A stretch of DNA of 35,429 nt, taken from NCBI GenBank assembly GCA_039208735.1, contig JBCCQY010000096.1, forward strand, positions 1 through 35,429, in the 5' to 3' direction. The stretch is from Myxococcota bacterium (GTDB taxonomy: Bacteria > Myxococcota_A > UBA796 > GCA-2862545). Position 1 is the first letter of the stretch. Each line of letters starts with the position of its first letter. The position numbers and the translations under genes are program-made. Below the pieces are notes generated by a model. The model had not been told where the DNA came from and did not search any database. It saw only the letters and a list, made by a program, of their open reading frames with translations. Shown here in pieces: positions 9,164 to 18,636 of this stretch.

Positions 9164-9355
9164 ATGATCTTCGTTGTTGCGGCAGCGGTTGCGCTCGGTT
9201 CGACTCCGAACGAACCCGAGCGAATGCGGGTCCTGTCCGCTGAGCGAGCGGACGTTGTGGCTGTCGGAGAGGAGGTGCCTTGGTTTCGGGTCGCCTCCAC
9301 AGCCCCCGACACCGCGTTTGGGTTTCGGGTGTTGTGGCTGCCTGTCGTCCGTTAG
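9164..9355 (+). CDS. Small putative secreted protein (63 aa)
   Basis: SD GGAG, hydrophobic N-terminus [12 protein letters not shown]. It fills the gap exactly and its stop overlaps the convergent FKBP stop by 4 nt. Confidence 0.45.
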   Translation: MIFVVAAAVALGSTPNEPERMRVLSAERADVVAVGEEVPWFRVASTAPDTAFGFRVLWLPVVR

Positions 9356-9678
9356 CTCACGCCGAGCAGTTCCACCTCGAAGGTCAGCGTGGCATTGGGA
9401 GGAATCGCGCCCGGAAATCCTCGTTCGCCGTAAGCGAGATGGGGCGGAATGGTGAGCTTGCGCTTGCCGCCGACCTTCATGCCGACCACACCCTGCTCCC
9501 AGCCTGGGATCACGCGGCCTTGGCCAAGTGCAAATCCGAAGGGCTGGTTCCGGTCGAGGCTCGAATCGAACTTGGAGCCGTCCGCGAGCCACCCCGTGTA
9601 GTGCACCGACACGTTCATTCCCGTCGCGGCTTCGTCGCCGGTGCCCACTTCGAGATCTTCGATGATCAGATCGGCCAT
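9352..9678 (-). CDS. FKBP-type peptidyl-prolyl cis-trans isomerase
   Basis: [31 protein letters not shown] and [21 protein letters not shown] before ATG 9678. Confidence 0.95.
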   Translation of the reverse strand: MADLIIEDLEVGTGDEAATGMNVSVHYTGWLADGSKFDSSLDRNQPFGFALGQGRVIPGWEQGVVGMKVGGKRKLTIPPHLAYGERGFPGAIPPNATLTFEVELLGVS

Positions 9679-9713
9679 GCCATTGTCTCCTGCAACCGTT
9701 GGCCGATGTCGTA

Positions 9714-12700
9714 TCAGGTACGTGCTCGGAAGCGGGCCACAAGATCGTAGACGACAGGCAACAGCACCAAGGTCACCACGGTCGAGACCACGAGACCTCC
9801 GAGGGCGGTGCGGCCCATCGGGGTCCACAGTTCGGCACCCACCCCGCTCGCGATGGCCAGCGGGATCATCCCCCCCGTGGTGGTCAGCGTCGTGATGAGG
9901 ACAGGGCGCAGACGACGACGTCCCGCCACTCGGATGGCCTTTGGGGTGGGGAGGCCTTCGCCTTCGAGCTGCTTGATGGCATCGACGAGCACGATCGCGT
10001 TGTTCACCACGACCCCGATCAGGATGACCACGCCAAGGAAACTCGTGACCGAAAGGCTCGTGCCCGTCAGCAACAGGGCGAAGAAGGCTCCGGTGACCGC
10101 GAAGGGCACCGAGACCAAGATCACGAGGGGGTCGATCCAGCTCTCAAACTGGGCCGCCATCACGAGGTACACGAGCACGAGCCCCAGGACCGCCAACAGG
10201 CCGAGGTCGGTGAACGTCTCTGCGAGGTCGGCCGAACTGCCACCGAGGCGTACGGTAATGCCGGGGGGCGTCTCGAGCGCCGCGATGCGTTCCCGGACAT
10301 CGGCCGTGACCTCGCCGAGCGCACGCCCCACCACATCGCCCTCGACCGTCACGATGCGGCCTTTGTCGAGACGCTTGATGGCGATGGGGGTCTCTCCTTC
10401 GGCGAAGGTGGCGAGGTCGGCCAGGGACAGCAACCGTCCATCCCGGGCCCGCACTGAGACGAGCCCAAGTTCTCGCACTTCATCGCGATCCTCGGGGGCA
10501 AGCCGGACGACGACATCCTTGGTGCCATCGGCCGTGGCCAGGCGCGTCGCTGCCACCCCGGTCAGTGCGGCTCTCAACTCCTGACCGGCCAACGCAAAGA
10601 CCACCCCGGCTCGCTTGGCGCGGTCGCGAGACAGGTCGAGGCGGAGTTCGGGTCGGGTCTCGGGCAAGTCGGTCGAGACATCGACCGCGCCTTCGATGGT
10701 GCGCAGGTCTCGCGCGAGTGCCTTCGCCGCCGTTTCGAGGGCCTCTCCGTCTGAGCCGAGCAGCTCGACAACCAGCGGTTTACCCGCAATGCCCAACCCG
10801 GCGTCATCGCCGAACGCCACGCTGCGGGTCACCACCTCCGGCTGGTCCGGGATGCGTTCGATCGCTGCGCGGACGATGGCGATGTCGGTGCGGGTGCGGT
10901 CGTCTTTCGGGGTGAGAAAGACGTAGACCCGACCAATGTGGCTGCCCTGGGATTGCCCTCTTCCGGCGGCTCGGGCGTCGCTGCTGGCCCCCGCGTATTC
11001 GGTGATCAGTCGAACGTCGGGATCTCCCTGGAATGCCGTCGCAATCTCGCGGACCACCGCTGCGGTACGGTCGAGCGAAGTGCCCACGGGGAGTTGGACG
11101 GTAACGGATGCGCGGCTTTGGTCCTGGCGAGGCACGAAGTCGGTCGGAACTGCAACCACCAAGCCAATCGTGAGCACGACGGTGGCGAGGGCCACCCCCA
11201 GGGTCGTCCAGGGAGCTCCCAGCGCTCGTTCGAGGAGTTGGCCGTAGCGTTCGGCGAGCGACGACGACGTGGGCTCGGTGCGGGCCGGGGTGGCGCCCAC
11301 GGCCCGCGCGGCAAGCATCGGGGTCAAGGTCAGCGCCACGATGAGCGAACTCGAAATCGTCGTGATCATCACGTACGACAGCTGCCCGAACATCGCGCCG
11401 ATGATGCCCGAGGCAAAGCTCATGGGCACGAAGATGACCACGGTGGTGGTGGTGGACGCGAGCAACGCTCCGCCGACTTCCCGGGCTCCCGCCACCGCGG
11501 CCGACTTGGGGTCTTCGCCCGCTTCCGCCCGCCGCGCGATGTTCTCGAGCACCACGATGCCGTTGTCGACCACCATTCCAATGGCCAACGCCATGGCCAT
11601 CAGCGTCACCGCATTGAGGGTGTAGCCCAGGCGTTCGAGGACCATGAAGGTCGTCACGAGCGAGGTGGGGATGGTCGTGGCGACGACGAGACTCGGGGGC
11701 AGCCGGCGCAGGAACACGAGCACCACCACGAAGACGAGCACGCCGCCCACCAGCACGGTTTGCTGGAGGTTGGCGACCATCGCCCGGATGAACTGGCTCG
11801 GATCGCGGGCGACTTCGACCTCGACCCCGGCGGGCAGCTCGGCCTTCGCGAGAAGATCGCGAACGGACTGGGCCACCGCCACCGTGTTGGCATTGCCCAC
11901 CTTGGTCACGGTGGCCGTCATGGCGGGTTGACCATCGACCAAGGCGATTTCCGTGCGGTCATCGAGGGCGATCGTCACGGTGGCGACGTCGCTTAGCCGG
12001 GCCACGCTGCCGTCGATGGGCGAGCGCTGCACAATGCGATCGCGCAGCTCCTGCACGGAGTTCGCTTCACCGGGCAATCGGACGGCGAACTGGGTGTCGC
12101 CCACTTCGAGCGTGCCCGCCGGCAGATCGGTGTTGTCGGCCGCGAGCACGCGGGAAAGCTCGGTCAGGGTGAGTCCTGCGGCCCGGAGCCGGTCCCGATC
12201 GACGTCGACCCGCACGATGGTCTTGGGGGCGTTCTGCAGAACCACCGCGCCCACGCCAGGCAGCCGTTCGATCGGCTCGATCAGCGTGCGTTGGACGAGG
12301 TCACGACGAAGCCGGACGTCGCCGGTGCGGTCGGTGATCGAAAAGGTGATGGCGGGCAGCGCACCGGGGTCGAACTTGAGGATGCGTGGCTCATCGACGC
12401 CCTCGGTCAGAGACACCGCTTCGAGAACGGCCCGAACGTCGGTCGTGGCTTCCGAAAGGTCGTAGCCAAGGTCGAAGATCAGCGTGGTGATCGAGACGTT
12501 GTCGCGGGAGGTGGACCGGAGTTGTTCGAGGCCGTTGACCGAGCCCAGGGCTTGCTCGAGAGGTTCGGTGACGGTGGATTCCACGTCTTCAGCGGAGGCT
12601 CCCGGAAACGAGGCTACGACCGTGAGCACGGGTGGCGACACTTCGGGCAGGATGTCGATCGACAAGCGACCGTAGGCCAGCAGCCCAAAGAGCAGCACAA

Positions 12701-12773
12701 TCGTGGTGACCACGGTGACGAGCACCGGACGATGCACCACCGTGCCCAGAATGCCGCGACGGTCGGCGCTCAC
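9714..12773 (-). CDS. RND efflux transporter permease (AcrB/AcrD/AcrF family)
   Basis: 1019 aa; [35 protein letters not shown] and RLRPVLITT; two periplasmic loops with 12-TM-like pattern. Confidence 0.95.
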   Translation of the reverse strand: MSADRRGILGTVVHRPVLVTVVTTIVLLFGLLAYGRLSIDILPEVSPPVLTVVASFPGASAEDVESTVTEPLEQALGSVNGLEQLRSTSRDNVSITTLIFDLGYDLSEATTDVRAVLEAVSLTEGVDEPRILKFDPGALPAITFSITDRTGDVRLRRDLVQRTLIEPIERLPGVGAVVLQNAPKTIVRVDVDRDRLRAAGLTLTELSRVLAADNTDLPAGTLEVGDTQFAVRLPGEANSVQELRDRIVQRSPIDGSVARLSDVATVTIALDDRTEIALVDGQPAMTATVTKVGNANTVAVAQSVRDLLAKAELPAGVEVEVARDPSQFIRAMVANLQQTVLVGGVLVFVVVLVFLRRLPPSLVVATTIPTSLVTTFMVLERLGYTLNAVTLMAMALAIGMVVDNGIVVLENIARRAEAGEDPKSAAVAGAREVGGALLASTTTTVVIFVPMSFASGIIGAMFGQLSYVMITTISSSLIVALTLTPMLAARAVGATPARTEPTSSSLAERYGQLLERALGAPWTTLGVALATVVLTIGLVVAVPTDFVPRQDQSRASVTVQLPVGTSLDRTAAVVREIATAFQGDPDVRLITEYAGASSDARAAGRGQSQGSHIGRVYVFLTPKDDRTRTDIAIVRAAIERIPDQPEVVTRSVAFGDDAGLGIAGKPLVVELLGSDGEALETAAKALARDLRTIEGAVDVSTDLPETRPELRLDLSRDRAKRAGVVFALAGQELRAALTGVAATRLATADGTKDVVVRLAPEDRDEVRELGLVSVRARDGRLLSLADLATFAEGETPIAIKRLDKGRIVTVEGDVVGRALGEVTADVRERIAALETPPGITVRLGGSSADLAETFTDLGLLAVLGLVLVYLVMAAQFESWIDPLVILVSVPFAVTGAFFALLLTGTSLSVTSFLGVVILIGVVVNNAIVLVDAIKQLEGEGLPTPKAIRVAGRRRLRPVLITTLTTTGGMIPLAIASGVGAELWTPMGRTALGGLVVSTVVTLVLLPVVYDLVARFRART

Positions 12774-13828
12774 TCCGCCTCCCGTACCGACTCACCATCG
12801 ACGAGCCGCCCATGCCCGGCGATGGCCACCCGCTGCCCTGCGGCAAGGCCCTCGGTGACGGGCACTTGGTCGGACTGGCTGGTGCCGTAGCGAACGCGGA
12901 TACTGCGGGCCACCCCCTCTTCGATGACGACCACCCGCGCCGAGCCGGCGTCCCGATCGAGCAAGGCGGTGCGGGGTACCGCGGGATGGGTCTGGCCGAC
13001 CCCTTCGACGATGGCCCGGGCCGACATTCCATGGCGGAGCCTCGGGTCGGCATCGAGCGAGGCCTCGATGGCCACGGTGCCAGCGACGGGATCGACCGCC
13101 GCGTTGATCCGGTCGATGGTGGCTTCGAAGCGCTCTCCGGGGAGCGCGTCGACCTGCACCGTGAGCGGTTGGCCAGGGGCCATCTGGGGCGCGACCCGTT
13201 CGTTGACCGCGGTGACGACGCGGAGCTTGGAAAGGTCTGCGATCGCCAAGGGGGGACCCTTCAAAGCCCCCCCCACGATGTCGCCCGGGTCGACATTGCG
13301 GGCGATGATCACGCCGTCGAACGGCGCCTTCAGTTCGGTGTCGGCGAGGCGTTGTCGGGCCACGGAAAGGGCGGCCTGCGCCTGCCCGACTTGAGCGGCC
13401 GCAAGCTCGGATTGGCGGGCGACCCCTTCGACTTCGGCGCGAGTGACGGCATTGGCTTTGTCGAGGGCCTGGTAGCGGGCGTGGGTGGCGTCGGCCTGCT
13501 TTTGCTGGGCCTGCGCGACCGCCAAAGCGCTCTTGGCTTGAGCCACGCCGGAGCGGTACGCCCCCGACGCGATCTCCAACAACACGGTGCCCTTTTCAAC
13601 CTCGTCACCGAGCCGAACGTGCACGGTCTCGATGCGGCCTTGGGCACCCGGGAAAAGCATGGCGGTGTTTTCGGCTTCGATGGTTGCCGAGAGCGAAAAC
13701 GCATCGGCAAATCGCTGATCTTCGACCACCTGGCTGCGAATCACGGGTCGCGCGTCGGCTTCAACGGTGACGGGGGGGCCGCCACAGCCCAGGAGGGTCG
13801 CCCCCCAGAGCCATAGAAGACCGTTCAT
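12770..13828 (-). CDS. RND periplasmic adaptor (membrane fusion protein), lipoprotein
   Basis: LLG-C lipobox, GRIETVHVRLGDEVEKG, helical hairpin, LKAPFDGVI; ATGA overlap with the tolC-like stop. Confidence 0.92.
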   Translation of the reverse strand: MNGLLWLWGATLLGCGGPPVTVEADARPVIRSQVVEDQRFADAFSLSATIEAENTAMLFPGAQGRIETVHVRLGDEVEKGTVLLEIASGAYRSGVAQAKSALAVAQAQQKQADATHARYQALDKANAVTRAEVEGVARQSELAAAQVGQAQAALSVARQRLADTELKAPFDGVIIARNVDPGDIVGGALKGPPLAIADLSKLRVVTAVNERVAPQMAPGQPLTVQVDALPGERFEATIDRINAAVDPVAGTVAIEASLDADPRLRHGMSARAIVEGVGQTHPAVPRTALLDRDAGSARVVVIEEGVARSIRVRYGTSQSDQVPVTEGLAAGQRVAIAGHGRLVDGESVREAE

Positions 13829-15096
13829 GGGGTCCCTCCAGGGTCGATGGGCAACCCGGTTTGCCGTTGCCAATCCGCCAGCGCGGCGATGACCTCATGA
13901 CGAGCCACCACGCGCTTGACGCGGGACTGGGCGAGCAGCTGTTCGGCGTCGAGCTGGTCGCTGGTGCTCGCGAGTTGGACCTCGAAGCGTGCGTCCACGA
14001 GGCGGAGGTTCTCGGTGGCTTGTTCCACCTGTAGGTCGGCTACCTCGGCCGCCTCGAGCGAAGCTTGGAGTCGATCCCAGGCGGCTCGGGTGTCGAGTTC
14101 GGCCTTGGACCGCAGCGCGCGAGCACCGACTTCAGCCCGGCGCAATCGGGCGGTGGCTTTGCGGACGGTGGCGTTGCGTCGCCCAAGCTGGAAGAAGTCG
14201 AATTCGGCCTCGAGCGCCACTTGGAACTGCTGCGGAATCCCGAACACCCCGACTTCGGTGAATGCGTCGAATCGGGCGAGCGCCGTGATCTGAGGCAGCA
14301 GGTTGGCCACTTGAGCCCGACGGGCTGCTTTGGCCGCGGTCACCCGATTCACCGCGGCCGTCACGTCGTCTCGGCCGGCCACCCGCGACAGGCCTTCGTC
14401 GAGAGGTGGGGCTTCGAAGGTGCGGGGCTCGAGGGCTTCGGGAATGAGGGTGTCGGCGTCGTGCCCCACCACGAGGGCCAATCCCCGCCGCGCGAGCGCC
14501 AAGGAGCGGGTGGCCGAGCGGGCGGATTGTTCTGCGTCGCCGAGCGCCACCTCGATGCGCAGGACGTCGGTGCGTTGCGCGAGGCCGGCGGCTTCGAAGG
14601 CCACGATGCGCTGTTGGGTGCTGCGAAGACTCGCGACGACGGCTTGTGAGACCTCGACGAGGGCTTCGGCCGCGAGCGCTCCCGTGTACGCCTCCACTAC
14701 CGACACTGCGACCTGGTCCCGCAGGGTGCGTTCGTCGCCACGCTGGGCCAACAGTTGATGCCGTCGGGCCTGGTAGCCTCCGGCCAGCGCAAACAGCTGG
14801 GTCAGGGGGGCCTTGGCCGTCGCGCTTAGCGTGGCGAACTGTTGAGGGCGGATGAGCAGCGGATCGTCCGTCACCAACGGCGTCTCGATGGGCTGGTCGT
14901 AACGAACGACCGACCCTGCGACCGACAATTCAGGAGCAAACCCCGCGGTTTCGCGGAGTGCGGCGCGGGCTTCTTCGGTCTGCCAGACCGAGGCTTCGAT
15001 CTGGGGATTGTGGCGACTCGCATGATCGAGCGCCTCAACGAGCCCGATGGTGACGGGTTCGGCCAGCGCAGTCGCGATCCACCATCCCCAAACCAT
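13825..15096 (-). CDS. TolC-family outer membrane efflux protein
   Basis: Helical repeats (VVEAYTGALAA, ARFEVQLASTSDQLDAE) and LLPQI; first gene of the efflux operon; SD GGAGG. Confidence 0.9.
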   Translation of the reverse strand: MVWGWWIATALAEPVTIGLVEALDHASRHNPQIEASVWQTEEARAALRETAGFAPELSVAGSVVRYDQPIETPLVTDDPLLIRPQQFATLSATAKAPLTQLFALAGGYQARRHQLLAQRGDERTLRDQVAVSVVEAYTGALAAEALVEVSQAVVASLRSTQQRIVAFEAAGLAQRTDVLRIEVALGDAEQSARSATRSLALARRGLALVVGHDADTLIPEALEPRTFEAPPLDEGLSRVAGRDDVTAAVNRVTAAKAARRAQVANLLPQITALARFDAFTEVGVFGIPQQFQVALEAEFDFFQLGRRNATVRKATARLRRAEVGARALRSKAELDTRAAWDRLQASLEAAEVADLQVEQATENLRLVDARFEVQLASTSDQLDAEQLLAQSRVKRVVARHEVIAALADWQRQTGLPIDPGGTP

Positions 15097-15179
15097 GGGT
15101 GTCGCCCTCCCTTGACGGCGGCAGCTCTACTCTCCTCGAGAGGCCGTGTCGACGACGAACGTTCGTTCGATGCTTCGGA

Positions 15180-16073
15180 TCAAGGAGCGGGGGGGAAGGT
15201 GGCCGACCACGCATCGCCCGCGCTGGACCCGTTTTCATCGAGCACGACCCAGACCGACGTGGCTGTGGCGGGACGGGGCATGGTGAAGCGAAAGCGAAAC
15301 ACGTCGTCGCGCCGCACGTTCACGCGTTCGAAGAAGCCCGAACCCGTGGTGAACGAACCGCCCGTGGTGAAGCCGCTCACAATGTTACCGGCGCCTCGGC
15401 CGCCACCTTCGATCCGGAACGTCAACTCCACGCTTTCGCCAGCCGCCAGTGGCTTTGTCGAGGGCTCCTCCACGAGCGTGAGCGGGGCGAGTTCGGGATT
15501 GGAGTCTCCGGGTTCAGGGGTGGGCTTCGCGAGCACAGGACGGACCGCGAGCCGGAAGGCGGCGGGGTCGATCTCCTCGACGGGAGGGCTTGTCCCTTCG
15601 AGCCCCAGCGCGATGACGGGCGACATCATGGGGTTGGTGAGCGAGCGGGGACAGGTGCCCTGAATGCAGGCTGCGACAAAGAGCGGCAGCTCCACGTCTG
15701 TTGAAGCACTCTCGTTGCGAGGAAGGGCGGCCACGAGGGCTTCAGACAGCTGCAGGCCCGCGGTCGCTTCGAGGGCGATGCAGGGAGGTTCGCCGCCGTC
15801 TTCGCAGCGCAGGAACAGCTCGGTGACCAACAGCCCCAGGGGTGAGTCGCACGCTTGTCGGTCGGGGAGGCACGTGAAGGCGAAGACGCGAAGGGTCTCG
15901 AGTTCGGGATTGGCGATGGCCGCGTCGATGAAGAACAGCGATCCCGGGGTGGCCACGGGAGGGACGGTTTGCACCCACACGATCTGGAAGTCGTTGAGCA
16001 CGTTGGCCGGTGACGTCTCGGTGAGGGCCAGCAGTTCACAGGCGGTCAGCACGGATGGGAGGAGCCAGACCAT
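15180..16073 (-). CDS. Hypothetical lipoprotein
   Basis: MVWLLPSVLTA-C lipobox, paired Cys and a beta-rich C-terminus; fills the intergenic space on the operon strand. Confidence 0.7.
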   Translation of the reverse strand: MVWLLPSVLTACELLALTETSPANVLNDFQIVWVQTVPPVATPGSLFFIDAAIANPELETLRVFAFTCLPDRQACDSPLGLLVTELFLRCEDGGEPPCIALEATAGLQLSEALVAALPRNESASTDVELPLFVAACIQGTCPRSLTNPMMSPVIALGLEGTSPPVEEIDPAAFRLAVRPVLAKPTPEPGDSNPELAPLTLVEEPSTKPLAAGESVELTFRIEGGGRGAGNIVSGFTTGGSFTTGSGFFERVNVRRDDVFRFRFTMPRPATATSVWVVLDENGSSAGDAWSATFPPAP

Positions 16074-16089
16074 GGCGAGAGACTAGCGC

Positions 16090-16123
16090 ACAAAGGCCCC
16101 GGACCCAAGGAGGGACCGAGGCC
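16090..16123 (-). terminator. Intrinsic terminator downstream of the S8 peptidase
   Basis: Minus strand reads GGCCTCGGTCCC-TCCTT-GGGTCCGGGGCC followed by TTTGT. Confidence 0.55.
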
Positions 16124-16141
16124 ATAGGGGCCGATTGGGGG

Positions 16142-18535
16142 TCAGTCGAGGGGGATGGCCTCGAGGGAAACGCCTCCCATCTCGAGAGGCTTCAGCATCG
16201 TCGGCATGATGCCTAGCGTTTCGCTGCTGCCGATGAGCGTCGCCCCCCCGTAGCCCGCCACCGTCCAGCCACCGTCGGCGAGCTTCTGGCCCAAGGCCGT
16301 GCCCGAAAGGACCGGATCCGGGTCATCGAGCGGGCTTGGGATGCCGTCGCCAAAGCCATCGCCGGGCTTCACCCCCAAGGGGATGGAGAGCAGACCGGTG
16401 CCGTCGAGGAAGGCGTACGTGATGGTGTCGTCGATGGGGTCGAGGGTCAGCCCCAGGGGAAGGGAGCGAAGCCCGTTGCCGTCCAGGTTGAGCACGGTCA
16501 CCGCGACGTCCTGTCCACCGACGTCCAAGGTCTGCTGGGTGGTGTTGCCGAGGTCGTCGATGCTGGGGCGCGTCATCACCACGCCAAGGGGAATCGAGGT
16601 GAGGCCCGAGCCCGAGTCGGTCAGGCTGAAGCCCGCGGCGAGCGACCCCAACTGTGCATCCGAGCCGTCGCTCCACACCCAGCCCAACGCCGACTGCGAA
16701 AGCGTAGAGTCAGCCTGCATAGCAGCGACGAGGTCCTGGAAGTTCTGGGTGTGGGTGATGGCCGCCTTGGGTCGGTAGGCGAGATAGCTCCCGTGCTCGG
16801 TGAACTGTGCGCCCACCGTCTGCACCGCCATCGACCAGGCGAAGGCTACCTCGTTGCCTTGGGCGTCGTAGCGGGCCACCGGGCTGCCCTGGATGAAGCA
16901 CTGTCCGTTTGCATCGGTCCTACAGGTCTCGATGCCATCGCCATTGCCCCAGATCGAGGCGGTGACCTCGACGTTGGCAGCCTTCGAGCCGCTGGCATGG
17001 AACACCGTGGCTCGCGCGACGGGGCGAATCGAGCTGCTTCCGACCCGCTGGAGGTAGGGCAGCCATGCAACGTGGAGTTCGGTGTGCGGCGGGTGGGCCA
17101 ACGGCACATTCCAATCCATGTCGGCAAAGCCCGACCCGTAGCCAGCCGAAAGCTTGCCGTTTTCAGCCTTGTACTTGAGCATCGATTCCGCTTCGAGCGC
17201 GCTGACGCCGGTACGAAGGAGTTCGACTGCTAAACCGCTGATTTGGGCCGTCGCTTGGCTGGTGCCCGCCATCAGCCAGTACCCAACTTTGGTCGGGTCA
17301 TCCGGGTGGATGGACTCGCCGACGATCCCGTCGCGAACCCCATCGAGGTTGATGTCGGTGTCGAGATTGCCGCCTGGCGCAACGATTTCGACCGCCGCAC
17401 TGGCGTTCGCATAGGAGGCGATCTTTAGACCATTCCAGTACCGCTCGGTGGCCGTCAGCTCGGCTCCCGCGACCGCCATCACCAGCGGACTCGCGGCGGG
17501 CCAACTCACCTGGTCGAGTCCGTCGTTGCCCGTGGCTCCCACCATGAGGATGTCGGCCTCGGCCGCGGCCTGAAGGGCTTCGAGGAGGGCCGTCGACGGG
17601 CGATAGCCCGAGCCGAACGACAAGCTCAGGTTGATGATGTCGGCCTGGTTGTCGACGGCCCACCAGATTCCCTCGACGAGGGACCACTCGGACCCCCGGT
17701 TGGTTTCGTCGAGTACCTTGACGGGCATGAGGGCGACCCCCGGCGCGGTGCCCTTGATGGCCCCATTTGAGCCGATGATCGAGGCGATGTGGGTGCCGTG
17801 CTGGTGATCATCATTGGCGTGCGGGTCGTTGTTGATGAAGTCGTAGGGCGCAACAATGGGATTGCTCGCAAGAGTTGGGGCAACCTTGTACGCCACGCCG
17901 TAGCGAGTCGCGGTCTCATACGCGACGCCGGTGTCCAACACGGCGACGACGATGTTGGTTGGCGTGCTCGAGGACCGGATGGGATCCACTTTGTCGATGT
18001 GCCACTGCATCCACTCGTCTGCGCCATTCCCAAGGCGGTGTCCGGTGGAGAAGGCTTCTCCCGTAAGTTCGGCGGCTTCCTCTTCACTGGTGGCGCCACG
18101 CACGATGCCGTTGGCGGCCATGCGTTCCACCGCGGGGTCCAAGGCGAGCAGGCCGAGTGCCTCGGCGGTTCCTCGGACGACGGCATACCCCGAACGACCC
18201 ACGGGGCGTTCCACGGTCAACGCGTAGCGGGCAGCAAGGTCTGGCAGTTCCATCGGGTCGGTCAGCCGAACGAGTCGCTCCCCGGGTCGATAGTGGTCCG
18301 CATCCACATCAAGGGCGACCGGCGCTTCGAGGGTGGCTTCGTCCCACGGGACGTCCAACTCGGGTCCGGGTGTCGCAACTGCGCTAGGTGTTCGGTCGAG
18401 TGTGGCCAGGTCGTTCGTCGCTTGTGACCCCGCGAGGGCCTTTTGGGCCGGCGCGCGGTCCGAAGACGAGGACATCAAGAGTAGGCCGGCAACGAGGGCA
18501 AACAGACCGGCTGATGCAATACGGGTCTTCCGCAT
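16142..18535 (-). CDS. S8 (subtilisin-like) serine peptidase with long C-terminal extension
   Basis: Triad motifs VAVLDTG, HGTHIA and AGTSQAT; oxyanion GATGN; N-terminal signal/anchor and propeptide; SD AAGGAG before ATG 18535. Confidence 0.92.
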   Translation of the reverse strand: MRKTRIASAGLFALVAGLLLMSSSSDRAPAQKALAGSQATNDLATLDRTPSAVATPGPELDVPWDEATLEAPVALDVDADHYRPGERLVRLTDPMELPDLAARYALTVERPVGRSGYAVVRGTAEALGLLALDPAVERMAANGIVRGATSEEEAAELTGEAFSTGHRLGNGADEWMQWHIDKVDPIRSSSTPTNIVVAVLDTGVAYETATRYGVAYKVAPTLASNPIVAPYDFINNDPHANDDHQHGTHIASIIGSNGAIKGTAPGVALMPVKVLDETNRGSEWSLVEGIWWAVDNQADIINLSLSFGSGYRPSTALLEALQAAAEADILMVGATGNDGLDQVSWPAASPLVMAVAGAELTATERYWNGLKIASYANASAAVEIVAPGGNLDTDINLDGVRDGIVGESIHPDDPTKVGYWLMAGTSQATAQISGLAVELLRTGVSALEAESMLKYKAENGKLSAGYGSGFADMDWNVPLAHPPHTELHVAWLPYLQRVGSSSIRPVARATVFHASGSKAANVEVTASIWGNGDGIETCRTDANGQCFIQGSPVARYDAQGNEVAFAWSMAVQTVGAQFTEHGSYLAYRPKAAITHTQNFQDLVAAMQADSTLSQSALGWVWSDGSDAQLGSLAAGFSLTDSGSGLTSIPLGVVMTRPSIDDLGNTTQQTLDVGGQDVAVTVLNLDGNGLRSLPLGLTLDPIDDTITYAFLDGTGLLSIPLGVKPGDGFGDGIPSPLDDPDPVLSGTALGQKLADGGWTVAGYGGATLIGSSETLGIMPTMLKPLEMGGVSLEAIPLD

Positions 18536-18636
18536 GAGGGGCTCCTTGGGGTCGCAGGACGGAGGGTCTCTCCTCCTCGCCACCTCCTCGGCCCAGGCCG
18601 GCTCGCGTTTTGGGTTGCATCAGGGTCGCGACGGTT

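Noticed and set aside
11530..11590. RND TM4 reads VVDNG rather than AcrB's VDDA, and TM10 lacks the Lys
   Set aside because: DN and VVNNAI variants are common in non-AcrB RND subfamilies; not evidence of inactivation.
17240..17275. Subtilase GTSQA instead of GTSMA
   Set aside because: The catalytic Ser, Asp, His and oxyanion Asn are intact, and this position varies among S8 enzymes.
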